From positions 96,001 to 160,000 of the IMG/VR virus record IMGVR_UViG_3300032820_000001: a stretch of 64,000 nucleotides of DNA. One strand, written 5' to 3'. Shown in pieces: positions 16,913 through 29,400 of this stretch. Each line of letters begins with the position of its first letter. Positions within the stretch are counted from its first letter, which is position 1. The notes below the pieces were generated by a model. It did no database searches, had not been told where the DNA came from, and saw nothing but the letters and a program-made list of their open reading frames with translations. This stretch comes from a virus. The position numbers were made by a program, and so were the translations under genes.

Positions 16913-19291
16913 TTATTCTTCTCTAGGCTTAAAGTTGTAACCATACTCAACATTAAAGTCTATTTTTTTGCCAGTTTCAATTGATGTCAATCTTATCTTA
17001 AACTTCTTATCCCAAATAGAGCCCTCAGTTGTAATCCCAAGCTGGATATCCCCATTGGTAACATCCCTAGAAGATCTTTTGTCTCTTAGCGGCTCGGATT
17101 TAACAAGAAGATTCTGCATTGTTGGTCGCAGGCGCAGAAACTTTTTCATCTTGCGCTCCTTCACTCTTTCGTCTGGTAGAGACTCTTCATAATTATATTC
17201 ATTGATAATGAGGTACGGGGAGAATCCACCAATTAATGTAACCTCAAATGTCTTCGATGGATTAGAAACATTTCCATGAGCGTCAATTGATCTAAACATA
17301 TAATAATATGTGGTATCTGCTGTAACATCATCTAGTATTTCCTTCTGTGTAACCCTCCGCCACATCTTTCCTCGAAGGGAGCGCGGGGTTTCAGGAGCAC
17401 TGGTAGTTCTATAAACCTCATATAATTTTGTTTCGTCGTCGTTTTTAAAGGTAATACATTGAGGACACCCTTCCACTTCGGAGGGGCCTTGGGCCTTCCT
17501 TATTTTTTGCATTCGGATTACTTCCTCCTGCGACATCTCGAAAGGAACCTGACTCACAGTCTCTGTTTGATCTTCAAAGATAATTTGGATCTTTCTTGCT
17601 TCACCGATGAAGCTTCGAAACTCAACGTTCGGATAGACCGGCGGGTGGCTTGAAACAAAAGATTCGCCAGAACCAACAACATTCTCCACAATCTTAATAG
17701 CAGCATTATTGTTGACGACGATGCCAGCCTCGTTGCCGGCTTCGTCGACTTGAACGCTAACGGCATCGGCTTCCCATTCGGGGTCGCCCGGCATAGCTGT
17801 AGAACTGCCAATGTGAAAATCATTATAAGTATACTCTGACCCCAAAACTATGGAATATGAAAAAACTCTATAAATGTATTCCTCTCCAACCTTCACCTGA
17901 GTATCCATAAATTTAAATAACTGCGCCTGTTCCGAGTTGAAAAAGAAGAAATTCTGAATTGGTTTTTGGGTTGAATTCTTTTTATATTTCGCAACACGGT
18001 ACATGAGGGTTTCTGAATAGGCGTAGTCTCCATCTATAATATCACTGTAAGATCTCCACTGCTGATTTATAATGTTATATATTCCTTCCAAAAATTCAAG
18101 GTGATCAATCACATCAGTGAAGCCTCGGTTCTCTTCTTGGAACGTGTTTTTGCGATCTTCTTCTGTGCCGAGAACAATTGTTTTATCGCTAAATCCTCCG
18201 ATACCTGTTTCGAGGACTGTTAGTAGATCCCAAACTTTTGGCTGGGCTTGGTAAATCTGGCCAGTGGACGTGCTTCTTATAAACTCTTCTCTCTCTTGGG
18301 CTATCTCCACGTTAAGAGTAGATGCCACATTCTTCATGAGGTAATTTGCTAAATTCGTGTTTTCAAACTCTTTACCCACTGGGCCGCTTTCGGACATGCC
18401 AATATCAAAACCAACATAATATGGGAAAGATTCTTTAGTGACGTCGACGGCTCGGTTGACATCCAAGATACTTTTATTTGGATAAAATACATTTTTATAT
18501 TTTTCTGATGGTACTTGGCTCCTTATATTTACAGCGTAGTTTCGGAAGAAATTCTTTATGTTGTTGTCGGGATATCCCATCTGATTGCGGGTGGGTTGGT
18601 ATCCAGTCGACAAAGGCTCCCCGGTTGAATCATATCTCATAACTTCAGGATTTAGTTGTGCGGGGAAAGCAATACCATCGTCATGATACATGTACCTGCT
18701 TTCATAGTTCGCATCCAACATTAAATAGGTTCCATAAGAATCAAGCAAATTAAGTTCGCTGAAGTAGAGACCTGATGTTGCGTCTTCATACTCTTTTATA
18801 TAAAAATTGTACTTAGAGGACATAGTTCCTACGCGGGTCTCCGGTAAGATGAATGACAAATCCATAACTGGTATCGTTGATAAATCTTTTGAAAGATTGG
18901 AAATTCTTAATTCATCTCCGCTTACCATAATATTTTCAATTGTTCCACCGAAGCCGGCTGGGTTGGGTGGCATATTGTGGGCTGTTCCAAACGCGGTGAG
19001 ATCGAGGGGGAAGTTCTGATTTTCTGGTAGGTCTTTTGACAAATCAATTGAAGCTCTTCCCACCTTCCAAGAAGATCCGAGATCATTTCGAAATCTATCT
19101 TCTGAAAAGAGCTGGGCGTTGACCCACGTTTCCGAGGTTGCGCCGCCGGCAGTCGTGGGCCGAGGGGGTGCGGGCGTTTTTCTATATCCTCCGTCCATGT
19201 AGTTTTGTACAAACTGAGGAAGCGAAGAGTCGTCAATATCTTTGACAATATTCTTTTCGGTGAATAAAGCATTTATCTTAGAAAATTTCAT
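16913..19291 (-). CDS. Putative structural protein, 792 aa, with an FN3-like C-terminal segment
   Basis: Long ORF in the baseplate block. YYYMFRSIDAHGNVSNPS resembles the end of an FN3 domain. Confidence 0.7.
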   Translation of the reverse strand: MKFSKINALFTEKNIVKDIDDSSLPQFVQNYMDGGYRKTPAPPRPTTAGGATSETWVNAQLFSEDRFRNDLGSSWKVGRASIDLSKDLPENQNFPLDLTAFGTAHNMPPNPAGFGGTIENIMVSGDELRISNLSKDLSTIPVMDLSFILPETRVGTMSSKYNFYIKEYEDATSGLYFSELNLLDSYGTYLMLDANYESRYMYHDDGIAFPAQLNPEVMRYDSTGEPLSTGYQPTRNQMGYPDNNIKNFFRNYAVNIRSQVPSEKYKNVFYPNKSILDVNRAVDVTKESFPYYVGFDIGMSESGPVGKEFENTNLANYLMKNVASTLNVEIAQEREEFIRSTSTGQIYQAQPKVWDLLTVLETGIGGFSDKTIVLGTEEDRKNTFQEENRGFTDVIDHLEFLEGIYNIINQQWRSYSDIIDGDYAYSETLMYRVAKYKKNSTQKPIQNFFFFNSEQAQLFKFMDTQVKVGEEYIYRVFSYSIVLGSEYTYNDFHIGSSTAMPGDPEWEADAVSVQVDEAGNEAGIVVNNNAAIKIVENVVGSGESFVSSHPPVYPNVEFRSFIGEARKIQIIFEDQTETVSQVPFEMSQEEVIRMQKIRKAQGPSEVEGCPQCITFKNDDETKLYEVYRTTSAPETPRSLRGKMWRRVTQKEILDDVTADTTYYYMFRSIDAHGNVSNPSKTFEVTLIGGFSPYLIINEYNYEESLPDERVKERKMKKFLRLRPTMQNLLVKSEPLRDKRSSRDVTNGDIQLGITTEGSIWDKKFKIRLTSIETGKKIDFNVEYGYNFKPREE

Positions 19292-19294
19292 ATA

Positions 19295-22200
19295 TTATCT
19301 CCCTCCCCCAAGAATATCTTCAACCGTCTTTTCGTCAGCAACAGCGGCACACGCAGGATCGCCGGTACCGCCAGTGCCCGTTGATCTCGGATCGAACCTA
19401 TCACCAGTATCAATCCCAAAAGAATCATATATCTCATTTATCTGATCAAGATTATCTGCTAAATTAAGTTGTATTTGTAGTCGCGATATGACATCATCTG
19501 GGGCAGCGGCATATGCCGGAACACTGATAACAAAATACTCATTATAAATTTGTGCTGTGTTGCTTCTCTTAAACCCGATCTGATCCGCTTCATATGGTTT
19601 TAGTCTGCACAGAATATTTTTGCCGGCGCTGAAATTGTAATAGTCGCGGGTGAGAGGCATAAAATTGGGGGAGCTTATGAGTGTGTCTCCGTCAATGTCC
19701 TTGTCGTATCCCGTCAGAACCTCTATCTCTGCCATAGAGCCTAAAATTAAATTATATCTATCATTGTTTCCCGCGTTGGCAGAGGAGATGATAGCACTAA
19801 ATGCAGTACCAAAATTAAAACCAGACGAGAATATAGCCTTTAAGTGGTTGGGTAAAAGGTCAAAGTTCTTTTTAGATATGGTTTTATTTTTCCCATCGAT
19901 GCCGATGATCTCCAAGCTTTCACCAGATTGGATAATTTTCGAAGAAAGTGATGATAAATCCTTATCCAAAGTAGTGGGTGGAACTTTGGTGTTCTGCAAA
20001 TTTGGAGAATTAATACTCGTAAATCTCGCCATTGGATTAATGTTTTCTAGTTTTCTGTTAATTTCTTCAAAAGCCCTCGACCCCTTTTGCACCCCCGATG
20101 AAAGAATAATATCAGAAATTTTAGCAGTATCAAAGGGGTTTGAATAGCCAAGCTCTCTCGTGTGAAAGGCTGCCTCAAATTTCTCAATAGATTCTTTTGC
20201 TGCGTTATTTTCGTTTAGTTGGGTCTGATCGTTTACCATGGTAAAATTTTCGTCGTTTGCGGGACGAATCTGCAGAAAGCTTGAAAAATTGTTCTGTAAA
20301 CGAGGCTTCGTGAGTTCTGCTAATACATTTCTATATTTCTTTTCTTCATCTCCCGAAGAAAGTGTTTCAACTTGAACATCTCCAGAAAACGAAGTAGTAT
20401 CGTCGCTATTCACCATGTAGGTTTTGTCACTCAACCGAATAGAAGTTGGGGTAAGAAACGAGAAAGAAGAGCCTCGGCCTTGTGATGTTATCGACTGACT
20501 TCCATATTTTACAGAGAAGGAGACATCTTCTGCGTTGAAAAACCTAATACTTTCATCTTGCATTCTTTTTTCGAAGTCGGGGCCGCTGATAGTTTTAAGT
20601 CCTTGAGCGGCATCGATTTCCAAAACCTCCGTCGAGGAAAGGAAAGCAATTCCTTTTTTATAGGTATCAGCGGCGTTAAAAACTTCAGGAAACGTATATC
20701 CTATGGAAAATTTTAATTTGCCGCGTGGGGTTCCAGCAGTTTGAGCCTCTGTTTTTGTTTTCCATACTGTTCCGGTGCCACGGTCGACGACGGTCATCAC
20801 CTTCCTCATGTTTTGTTGCATGGTGGCAAGAATACTAATTGCTTTATCTACACCAGCAATTGTTCCAGTTCGGGGAGATAAATTATATCTCAAAGTGTTG
20901 ATAAACTTTTTAATCGAGGGGTCGTCTAAGTTATCAGCCAAAAAAGTTATATTCTCTGATATTGATATAAGGGCCCGAATATATGGGAGGTTTTCAAAGG
21001 GCGTTCTTAATTTCATATTAGCAATAAATTCAGGATCATATGTATCTGTGCTTTTATCGTAATTATTATTTTCGTCGAGCGTATTTCTATAGCTCTCAAG
21101 CTGCGCTTTTGATTGAGCGAGATCTCTGCTTTGGAAATCCATAAATTTATAAATTCCGTCGACTACTTCGGCCTGAACTGTATATTGGTATTTTCCCATA
21201 TTGATGTTTTTGAAAGAGCGATCTGCGCCGGAAAAACTTCGAAGAAGGAGATCTCCATGCTGAAAACTAAATTCTTCTTCGCGGAGGGCGCCATATCTGG
21301 CATTTGATTCTCTGAAATTATCTCCGGTTTCCTCTCCTCCGATAACAAACAATTCATTTGGCTCCGAGCATATATCTCCCGTTGTTCCTGCCGAGTCTAC
21401 GCGGCGTCTTTTTAATTCCATGACCCTTATCGCAGAACTCAAAAGAACTCGATCTCTAAGTCTCGGTGGCATACGATCAAAAAGATTTCCATACTTAGAA
21501 GTGTTTAAGTAGGCGGACTCATAATCTAGTGTAAAAAAGAACCTTAGATTTCCGTCTAGGTCTCTGCAGGTGCGGAGCGGGGAAAAGTAATTTAAGGTGG
21601 TGCCGCTCAAGCAGTGAAGTATTTCTTTTTTCAGTGAACTGAACGGGGATGAAATTCGAGGAAGAACATCATATAAGTCCCTATAATCTGCGACTTTTAT
21701 ATTGGGAATGGTTCGAACTGTTAGAAACTCAGGAGTATCGGTAGCACTGGTTCCTGTTATCCATCGGCCATTTTCGAGTTGTACTTTGGGGCCGCGATAA
21801 AAGGCAGTGCCCAAGAAATACCCCACAGATTTTGTAAGGGCTTCTCCGTTCTCCATCGTCGGAACAACCGATGGCACACCCGATATTTCCTTCATATCAA
21901 CAACTCTAAACGTAATTCCCCTACTAATACTTAAATCTTGTTTTGTTATTTTTGTATTGGCAGAATAAGACAACTTAATTAAATTATCATAATTGAATTC
22001 CTTCAAAACAATTTTATAAGCGACTCGCTGGAATTTCTTTCTTTTATTCTTCCTTGTGATTCTTTCAACAGAGTGGATGTGATCGTTGGACGATATTGTT
22101 ATAGAGCGAGGCGTGGATCCAAGTGCCCCTCTTCTTTTAGAAGCCTCAGTGAGTTCTATTTTCAGCAGATTTTTATAATCATCGTTCGTAACCCAAGTCC

Positions 22201-22324
22201 CAACACCCGATGAATTTATATACTCATTAATGGATAGGTGGACAACTACACGATCCCTCTCCAGAAGAACTGCGTCTATCTCCACATTTGGTACAAGATC
22301 CCCAACAAGATCAATCGCTGCCAT
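19295..22324 (-). CDS. Putative structural protein, 1009 aa
   Basis: Long ORF in the baseplate block. No family recognised. Confidence 0.75.
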   Translation of the reverse strand: MAAIDLVGDLVPNVEIDAVLLERDRVVVHLSINEYINSSGVGTWVTNDDYKNLLKIELTEASKRRGALGSTPRSITISSNDHIHSVERITRKNKRKKFQRVAYKIVLKEFNYDNLIKLSYSANTKITKQDLSISRGITFRVVDMKEISGVPSVVPTMENGEALTKSVGYFLGTAFYRGPKVQLENGRWITGTSATDTPEFLTVRTIPNIKVADYRDLYDVLPRISSPFSSLKKEILHCLSGTTLNYFSPLRTCRDLDGNLRFFFTLDYESAYLNTSKYGNLFDRMPPRLRDRVLLSSAIRVMELKRRRVDSAGTTGDICSEPNELFVIGGEETGDNFRESNARYGALREEEFSFQHGDLLLRSFSGADRSFKNINMGKYQYTVQAEVVDGIYKFMDFQSRDLAQSKAQLESYRNTLDENNNYDKSTDTYDPEFIANMKLRTPFENLPYIRALISISENITFLADNLDDPSIKKFINTLRYNLSPRTGTIAGVDKAISILATMQQNMRKVMTVVDRGTGTVWKTKTEAQTAGTPRGKLKFSIGYTFPEVFNAADTYKKGIAFLSSTEVLEIDAAQGLKTISGPDFEKRMQDESIRFFNAEDVSFSVKYGSQSITSQGRGSSFSFLTPTSIRLSDKTYMVNSDDTTSFSGDVQVETLSSGDEEKKYRNVLAELTKPRLQNNFSSFLQIRPANDENFTMVNDQTQLNENNAAKESIEKFEAAFHTRELGYSNPFDTAKISDIILSSGVQKGSRAFEEINRKLENINPMARFTSINSPNLQNTKVPPTTLDKDLSSLSSKIIQSGESLEIIGIDGKNKTISKKNFDLLPNHLKAIFSSGFNFGTAFSAIISSANAGNNDRYNLILGSMAEIEVLTGYDKDIDGDTLISSPNFMPLTRDYYNFSAGKNILCRLKPYEADQIGFKRSNTAQIYNEYFVISVPAYAAAPDDVISRLQIQLNLADNLDQINEIYDSFGIDTGDRFDPRSTGTGGTGDPACAAVADEKTVEDILGGGR

Positions 22325-22337
22325 TTAGTCTACCTCC

Positions 22338-23468
22338 CTAATCATCACACGGTGGATCACTTTCGTTATTGCGAGTTGCATCATTATCATATAGCCCACC
22401 CTGATTCCCAGAAGAATTTTCCAAATCTTCCAATATCTCTGAATTCATATTTGCAATCTCGTCTAGGCTGAGGCCGTAGACATCGCTTCCTGCTCCACCA
22501 GTTCTTGAATTATCAATCGTCGGAAATCTAAAAGAACTAATCAAAGATTCCAAATCTCTAATGTCTGCAAATCTCCCACTGGCAAAGGCTCGCTGCAGAA
22601 TGGTTCTATCTATTTCACCATCCAACTCTAAATCAAAATAATACTCTACCATCCCAGGATCATACGAAGCATCAAAATCTGCATCAGAGGATGGATCATG
22701 ATCTAACATAATTCCGTCAACAATCCTATTAAACTGAGGTGTTTTCTTAAATTTGAGGGGATACAATATTTCTTCATTTGCCTCATCCTTCACTTCGTAA
22801 ACCTCGACATTAAAATTCTTGTCGTCGGAAGTGGAGTTTTTCTCTTGCAAGTAAAGTAAAAACTCTGCGTCTTCGGTTTCTTTGAGAGTGACACTGCTGC
22901 CATCTGGAAAGATATGGCCATAGACCGCTGAATTGTCGTCTGTTCCTCTTATTCCCTTCTCTGTAAAAATTCTTTTCTTGACCTCTATTTGCGGGATGTT
23001 AACGACAGAACCTGTCGTATCACCAAAATAAAAATAGGGAACTGCAGAATCAGTGGAGCCGAGGAGCATGTAAGATCTCCAGGCGGGGTAATATTTGCTA
23101 TCGTTGGACGAGTGGCCAATCGGGAGGAAGATATCTTTTCTCTTTTTCTCCTCCGCCAAAGTGGAGTCCAAATATCGAAGACCATAAGCCGATTCGTAAT
23201 TGTCCATGAAGTCGGTTGGTACGCCGTCGAAACTCACTTCGTTTCGGTTTCTTGCACCGTCCTTGTGAATTTGCAGCCTTGATCTTGGTGTTTCAAGGAT
23301 CCTTTGGTCGACGTTGCCGGAAGAACATCCATATTGGTCATCGTAAATTACATCATGATCAAAAAACGCATAATGAGAGGGATTAAGTCTCCCTCTCGAA
23401 TATAAAGTCTTTCCATAAGATGTCAATTTAATCTCGACTACTTCTTCTTTTTTATCAAAAAATGTCAT
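22338..23468 (-). CDS. Putative baseplate structural protein, 376 aa
   Basis: N-terminus (IKLTSYG..LYSRG..YAFFDHDVIYD) resembles that of 15959..16843. ATGA coupling. Confidence 0.7.
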   Translation of the reverse strand: MTFFDKKEEVVEIKLTSYGKTLYSRGRLNPSHYAFFDHDVIYDDQYGCSSGNVDQRILETPRSRLQIHKDGARNRNEVSFDGVPTDFMDNYESAYGLRYLDSTLAEEKKRKDIFLPIGHSSNDSKYYPAWRSYMLLGSTDSAVPYFYFGDTTGSVVNIPQIEVKKRIFTEKGIRGTDDNSAVYGHIFPDGSSVTLKETEDAEFLLYLQEKNSTSDDKNFNVEVYEVKDEANEEILYPLKFKKTPQFNRIVDGIMLDHDPSSDADFDASYDPGMVEYYFDLELDGEIDRTILQRAFASGRFADIRDLESLISSFRFPTIDNSRTGGAGSDVYGLSLDEIANMNSEILEDLENSSGNQGGLYDNDATRNNESDPPCDD

Positions 23469-26400
23469 CCTGTATCTTCATCATCCTTTTTAAATACAAC
23501 GCTCACGTCAACCTTTGCTCGCTCAACGAGGGAACAAAAATCATAAGGCCAATTGTAATTATACGACGGAATAACTTCTGTCTGCCCATCGCCTTGAAAA
23601 TTAAACTTAAATCTGTTATCATCTGAAGAATCTGTCGTTGTTTCATAGTAATTCCATTTGGCCATCTGTTTGACCTTGAACACCATGAATTTAATATCTG
23701 TCGGGAATTCTACATTGTGGAAAAAGTTATGCTGATCGAATCCGTGGGTGATTTCAATTTCATCTGTCTCTGGATTCGCGGCAATTGCAGGTGTGACCCC
23801 TTGCCAAATATCAATCAAGTCCCGCTGTGAAAGGACATGATCAAATTCCAGGAAGTAAGAAACAAACGTCTTAATGTCGTCATATTTAAGGAAATCATAT
23901 TGAGGGGGAACAACATATTTTTTCATCGCCTGTATGGTTTCTGAAATAGAAGTTTCTCTTATATCTTCACTAATCGCATACCCCTTGTCTTCCAAATTTT
24001 TCTTCTGCTTCTTCAATTCCGTCTTGCTAAATCGGATAAAATGTTTTCCCTTATCAATTTCCACCGTTTTATATGGGATGGCTTTATCAACATATGGAAT
24101 GACCATGATAGCCTCACTTATATCTTTCTTGTCAGCAACGGTTCCAACTTTCTTTGTTCCTGGCGTAAAACCGCAGACATCTATAAGTGAGCCAGTGGTG
24201 AGTGTGTTGACGCTTCGTTTTGCGAAGCTCTCTCTCAGCTCAAATTCATATCCCTTATCCGGCTGAACAGGTTGTCCGTAGCTCGTCCACACACTTCGAG
24301 GGGGCTTCCAACCGGCGGTGCCAGAAGTAAATTGAAACACTGGATCATCCTCAAGATCGGTTACGTGAGAGCTATAATTTGCCAAGTAAGCACTTGAAGA
24401 ATTATTAACAACGGGGCACTCATATTTTGTGGCAATTGCCCAACGAAGGTTTTCGGCGCTTCCTGCGGTTGCCCTATCCGCAATTGTACTGTCGCCGTCT
24501 TCAGATATAGAAAATTGAATATCTTTTTGAAGAATCTTGCCATACAGCTGAACCGAAGCTGAAACAGTTGTCTTCGTTGCTTCCTGGGTGTTTGTCATGA
24601 TGGCCGGCTCGCCGCCTTCTGTCCTTACTCTTGTTGGATCTAAAGTTAATATATTTTCTACTTTAACCGCCCTTAAAATTTCATCTAAACTTATTGGGCC
24701 ACCGACGGATGAACTATAAGATAGGCGAGCTATAGATTCTCCATAAAATCCGGGTGGTGTATATTGACAATAGGCAGGATCATAAAGACCGTCGATTGGC
24801 ATGCCATATAAACTTCCATGTATTCTATAATTTGTAGCGCGCTGGGCTCGGTATGTAAGTTGAACCATTCCGCCGGCGCTTACGACTTCGGGATCGGTGG
24901 GGGCGTAGTCATAACCAGAAGACCCAGCAGAAATATATACATCATTGATGTCCCCAGAAGAGCCGATGGCCATGTCAACACCTGAGCCATAATGCCCGCT
25001 GAACTGTTGGTAATCATTTCTAGCATATACGCGCTGTAAGATAGAACCGCTTAGGCCCTGTGAAAGCGATGGCCACGCGGCGACGTAGCCGGCCGCCATT
25101 GTTATTTCATAGAGCGTAATGCTACCTGCATTAGTAAGAGCATCCACATCGGTGCCAGTGGATCCTATCGCTAGATAAGAGTTGTGTTCTATATCGTCAT
25201 CTTCTTTTGTCTCTAATGATATATACTTTCCAAACTCAATATCATATTGCTCCGGTGATATTGTCATGGTACCTGGAGATGTGGCCCAAGCTCCATTTGA
25301 TGCCACTCTCACAAAACACACCTTGCCTTCGCCGGATGTTATATTTGCTCCGTAAGCGAGCAGCGTATCCGCGTCGAATGCCGTAAATGGGAGGCTGGCC
25401 GGAGTATAGAAGGGGGTTATGGACAAAGAGTTAATTACGGTAAGATCTGGTACAGAAGATGTATAATTGACTGATTCAAAAAAACTTGCACCGGTGTAAG
25501 TTAAAATTCGTATCGCTCCCTCCGGGTTTACTGCGGTACCATCAGTACCTTTAAATGCCACAACCGTTGCCTCAGAAGAAGAACAAGAAGTGAGGCAAAC
25601 GGCGCTGGCTTCGGCGGATGAAACGTCGACGACAGTGCAGGTGTCTAAGAGGGACGCCGTTAGGGGAGACGCGGTGTCGTAATTGTGTAAAAAAACAGTC
25701 GTGTCGGGGAGGGTGCTTATGCCGGACGAATCAGTAAAGCCCGATGAGGCGAAGATGACACCATCGGAGCCCGATGAGACAGACATAGTGGCGCCATAGC
25801 CCCGACTACCAGTAGGTTCGTACCTGGAAAGTAAAGAAATGGAAGTACCGTCGTACTTATAAAAGTAGGCTGCGCCGTACTCGCCGGGCGGATAACCGAT
25901 ATTTTCGCCGACTGCGCCGATGGCAAAGATCAAACCATCTGAACTAGATACCATAGCACAACTCTGGCCAAAGCCTGGAGAGTCACCGCCTGCTGCGGAC
26001 CCAGTTAGCATATCACCTGGATCCAAGTCAATAACATTTCCTGCTTCGTCCACGCTCAATAACATCGCTCGACCTACGAATGAGGATGTGGGGTGATATT
26101 TGCTGGTTGCCAGAACGTAAGCGCCGCCGGCGGGGTTCTCAATTACCGATGTGGCGAGCGACCACTGATCGAGTGTGGTAATATCTGCGTCCGGATCGGT
26201 AGCACTAACACTCATCCCTTCCGTCACGACCTCATTGACGGGGAAGAAGTCAGCCTCTCCATGATATTCAACGTTCTTACTCATGCCCACCTCGTCGCGT
26301 AAGACGATATCCATATAATATGTTTTATCTACCTCAACTTCAGAAAATTGTAATTCTGGGGCCGATGTAAAGGAGTTTAGTTCTCCCCCCTCTAAAAAGA

Positions 26401-29400
26401 AGTTCACACTTTCTGCGAGGAAATTATGAGAAGCTAATTCAAAATTTGGCTTCTTCTTGCCATCCCACTTGCTATAGTATTTAATACTAGCCGAAAAATG
26501 ATCTGGGTTGTCACTGCCAGGAATTGATGAAACGTTAAAAAAATCGGTGCTCTTTGGGAGGTTCTCATTAAAATTGTATAAGGTCTCAAACGGAAGGCGA
26601 ATGTTTGCTGCCGATGACAGGGGCACAATATAGAGTGGGTTTGCCACTGAGCCTGATGATCCGGAGAGGGGGTTCGATGTATAAATGGGATAATCCACGG
26701 CTAGCCCAGATTTAATAGAATTGTAAAGAATTCCAGGAGATGAAAAAGTTTTTAAGAAACTTTGCCAACCTTGGGCCGGGGCGAGCTCACGGACGGCCTC
26801 TGGTTTTGCGGCATCATATAAATACCCAGCCACATTATTGGACAAAGATTCGCTTAGTAAATTACCAAGCTGTACTGTTCTTGTATCTGGATAGAACCCG
26901 TTGTAAGGGAGTAATCTCTTAATTCCAGATGCCCTCAGCTTTATTTGTTTTGGATTTGCAAACTCCAAGTGATCGTCTCTGATTTTTTTCAAATGATCAA
27001 ATTCTTCTGACGAAAGATACGTATTTTCAAAATCAACATTAAAGGTCGTTGAAGTGGGGCTGTCTGCCGAAGAAGTGTAATTAGCTCCCAGGAGGGTTAA
27101 GAAATCTTTATTTTCGGCCCGGAAATTTCCCCCCTGTTCTGAAATATAATAGTCCATGTGTTCGGAGATTCTAAATTCCGGAAGGATTGAAGTTCCCTGT
27201 AGCAGACCCTTCATATTGTTATTATAATCTGAATATGTGTTATACCATCTTGTTTTCCCGGACATCTGCTCGATCAGTCGTTCCGAATAATCACTAAATG
27301 AGCCGTCAACTCCAATATTGTTTGTTTCCAGAAAAGCGAGTGCTGGTCTTGCTTCCGAGCCACCAGCTTGTGTCATTGACCGATCAGTGTCTGAATTAAG
27401 CTCTCCGACGTTCTTGGGTGCGGGGAGTACAGGGAGGGATGCATAACCATCAGATCTCATTGGATCGAAAGCTAGTGCATTAGATTGATTCTCTTCTCCC
27501 TCAATTTCATACCCCTGGGAATTTAGGGCGCCCGTTAAGCTCCTCATCTCCGTGGTTTTATATATTGTGTTTTGAGTTCCGTAAATTTTATCGTAGCCGC
27601 GTGGGCCGGTGCCAGCTACTTCAGAATAATTCCCACGGACACGAACCTTCTTCATAAAAGCGTTCTCATCTTTTGGCCATAAAGTCTGTCCATATGTTAA
27701 AGATATAAATCCCTTAACTGGATTATTGGGATCTTCACCTGACTCGTCGAGATATAGCTTTTTAAGTTCCGCATATTTTGTTTTCTTGTCGGAAACCCTA
27801 AAATTATAAAGCTGGTTAATCTCATCGTTGGAATACCGAGTTAGTTCATTTCCATAAGCGGTACTCAACAAAAATGGGGTTCCTGTCGTGTCAATTGCCA
27901 ATTCATGTTCCATTGGCATATGTTTTGCAACAACAGGGGGTTCGATATATTGAGTTGTCGGCGACTTCGTAATGGGAAGGATGTTGTGTTCCCGGTAATA
28001 TCTGGAGAGTCTTAGTTCGCCTCCTCGGATCTCTTTCCATGAATTATAAGTGTATGCAGCGCCAAAGAAATCAAAAGATTGTACAGCTGTGTCAGGATCG
28101 ATATAAACGTTGTTAAGGATGTGTGGGGAGGGTAAATTGATAATTACTGAAAAAACGTGTGCGTCGGTGCCGCCACCGCCGTCGGCCATATCCACAGTGA
28201 TGGTAGTATCTCCAACGTCGAGCAAAGTGGGAGATCCCGAAAAAGTTATGTTTTGACCTGCATAATCTATCACATACGACATCCAAGCTGGCTCATCGGT
28301 GACAAGAGCTGAAGTTACCGCAAATGGTGCATTAAAATACCACTTATATTCATAGGGCTCTTCAGCGATCCCATTCGGCAGAAGCGCCATCAGTGATGCT
28401 CTGCGCCAAGTAGTAAAATCAATAGTTCCAGAATAAAAAGCAATATCACTTCCGGTGGCGAATCCGGGAAACTCACTTTGTGTTGTTTCTGCTGAGGCTG
28501 TGATCCAGCTATACTGAAGGGTGCTTTGAGGAATGGCATGTGTTACATAACCATTATCATATACAAATTTATCAGTAACGACATCCGCATACCCACAATC
28601 CAAAGGGGGATAAAGGCAAGATCCGTCGTCAACCGTTGCATTAACTGTATAATTACACGCGTTGGCATCGGTACACCCTTCTGGAAAATCTGGGCCTCCA
28701 GGGAGGGCAGATGCCGAGGTATAGTCCCAACTGCTCGATATTACGTCAGATGACGACGTGAGAGTTTTATATAGTCGCGGGTTCCTATTTGTCGTATGAT
28801 ATTTTGTGGGTACACCTGGAGGAATATCCGTCGCCTTCGGCGTGTGTCTTGCCAAGTCTTCTGACAGCTCTCCTCGAACGTTCAAGTTCCGAAAAGGAAT
28901 TGCATTGTAAGCAGACATTTCTTCGCCGATTGGGTTTAAGAATCCACGCGACATTGTATACCGGCTTCCGGGAGCTGAGAACTTGTTTACGAAAATGAAA
29001 TTGTTGTATGAGCCAGTATTGTCTGGCATTGTATAGTCTGGCAATGTTCCAGTTGCAGGTTGCCCTGCAGCGTTGAGGGTATTTAAAACCCTTCCTTCCG
29101 TCCCCAAATGAAGGGGGTAATCAGTTGTGTATTGGCCGGGGAATTCGGCGAAGTGGCGAGGGTTTAATGTTCGTCCCGCTAATTGAACAACCTCATATTC
29201 CTGGCTGTAATTTCCAGGACTGTTAGTTTTTATGTTCCTGATATTTAGTGGTCGCTTTGCATAGGCATCGCGGAAGAACACGGGGCGCCCAGTTGACGAA
29301 ACAGATAGTGTTCCCGTCTGTGCTGCAACTACAAAGCCCTCTTGGCGGTCGGTGGTACTGCCAATTTCTTGATGTCTAAACGGCTCGCCTCCAACCATAT

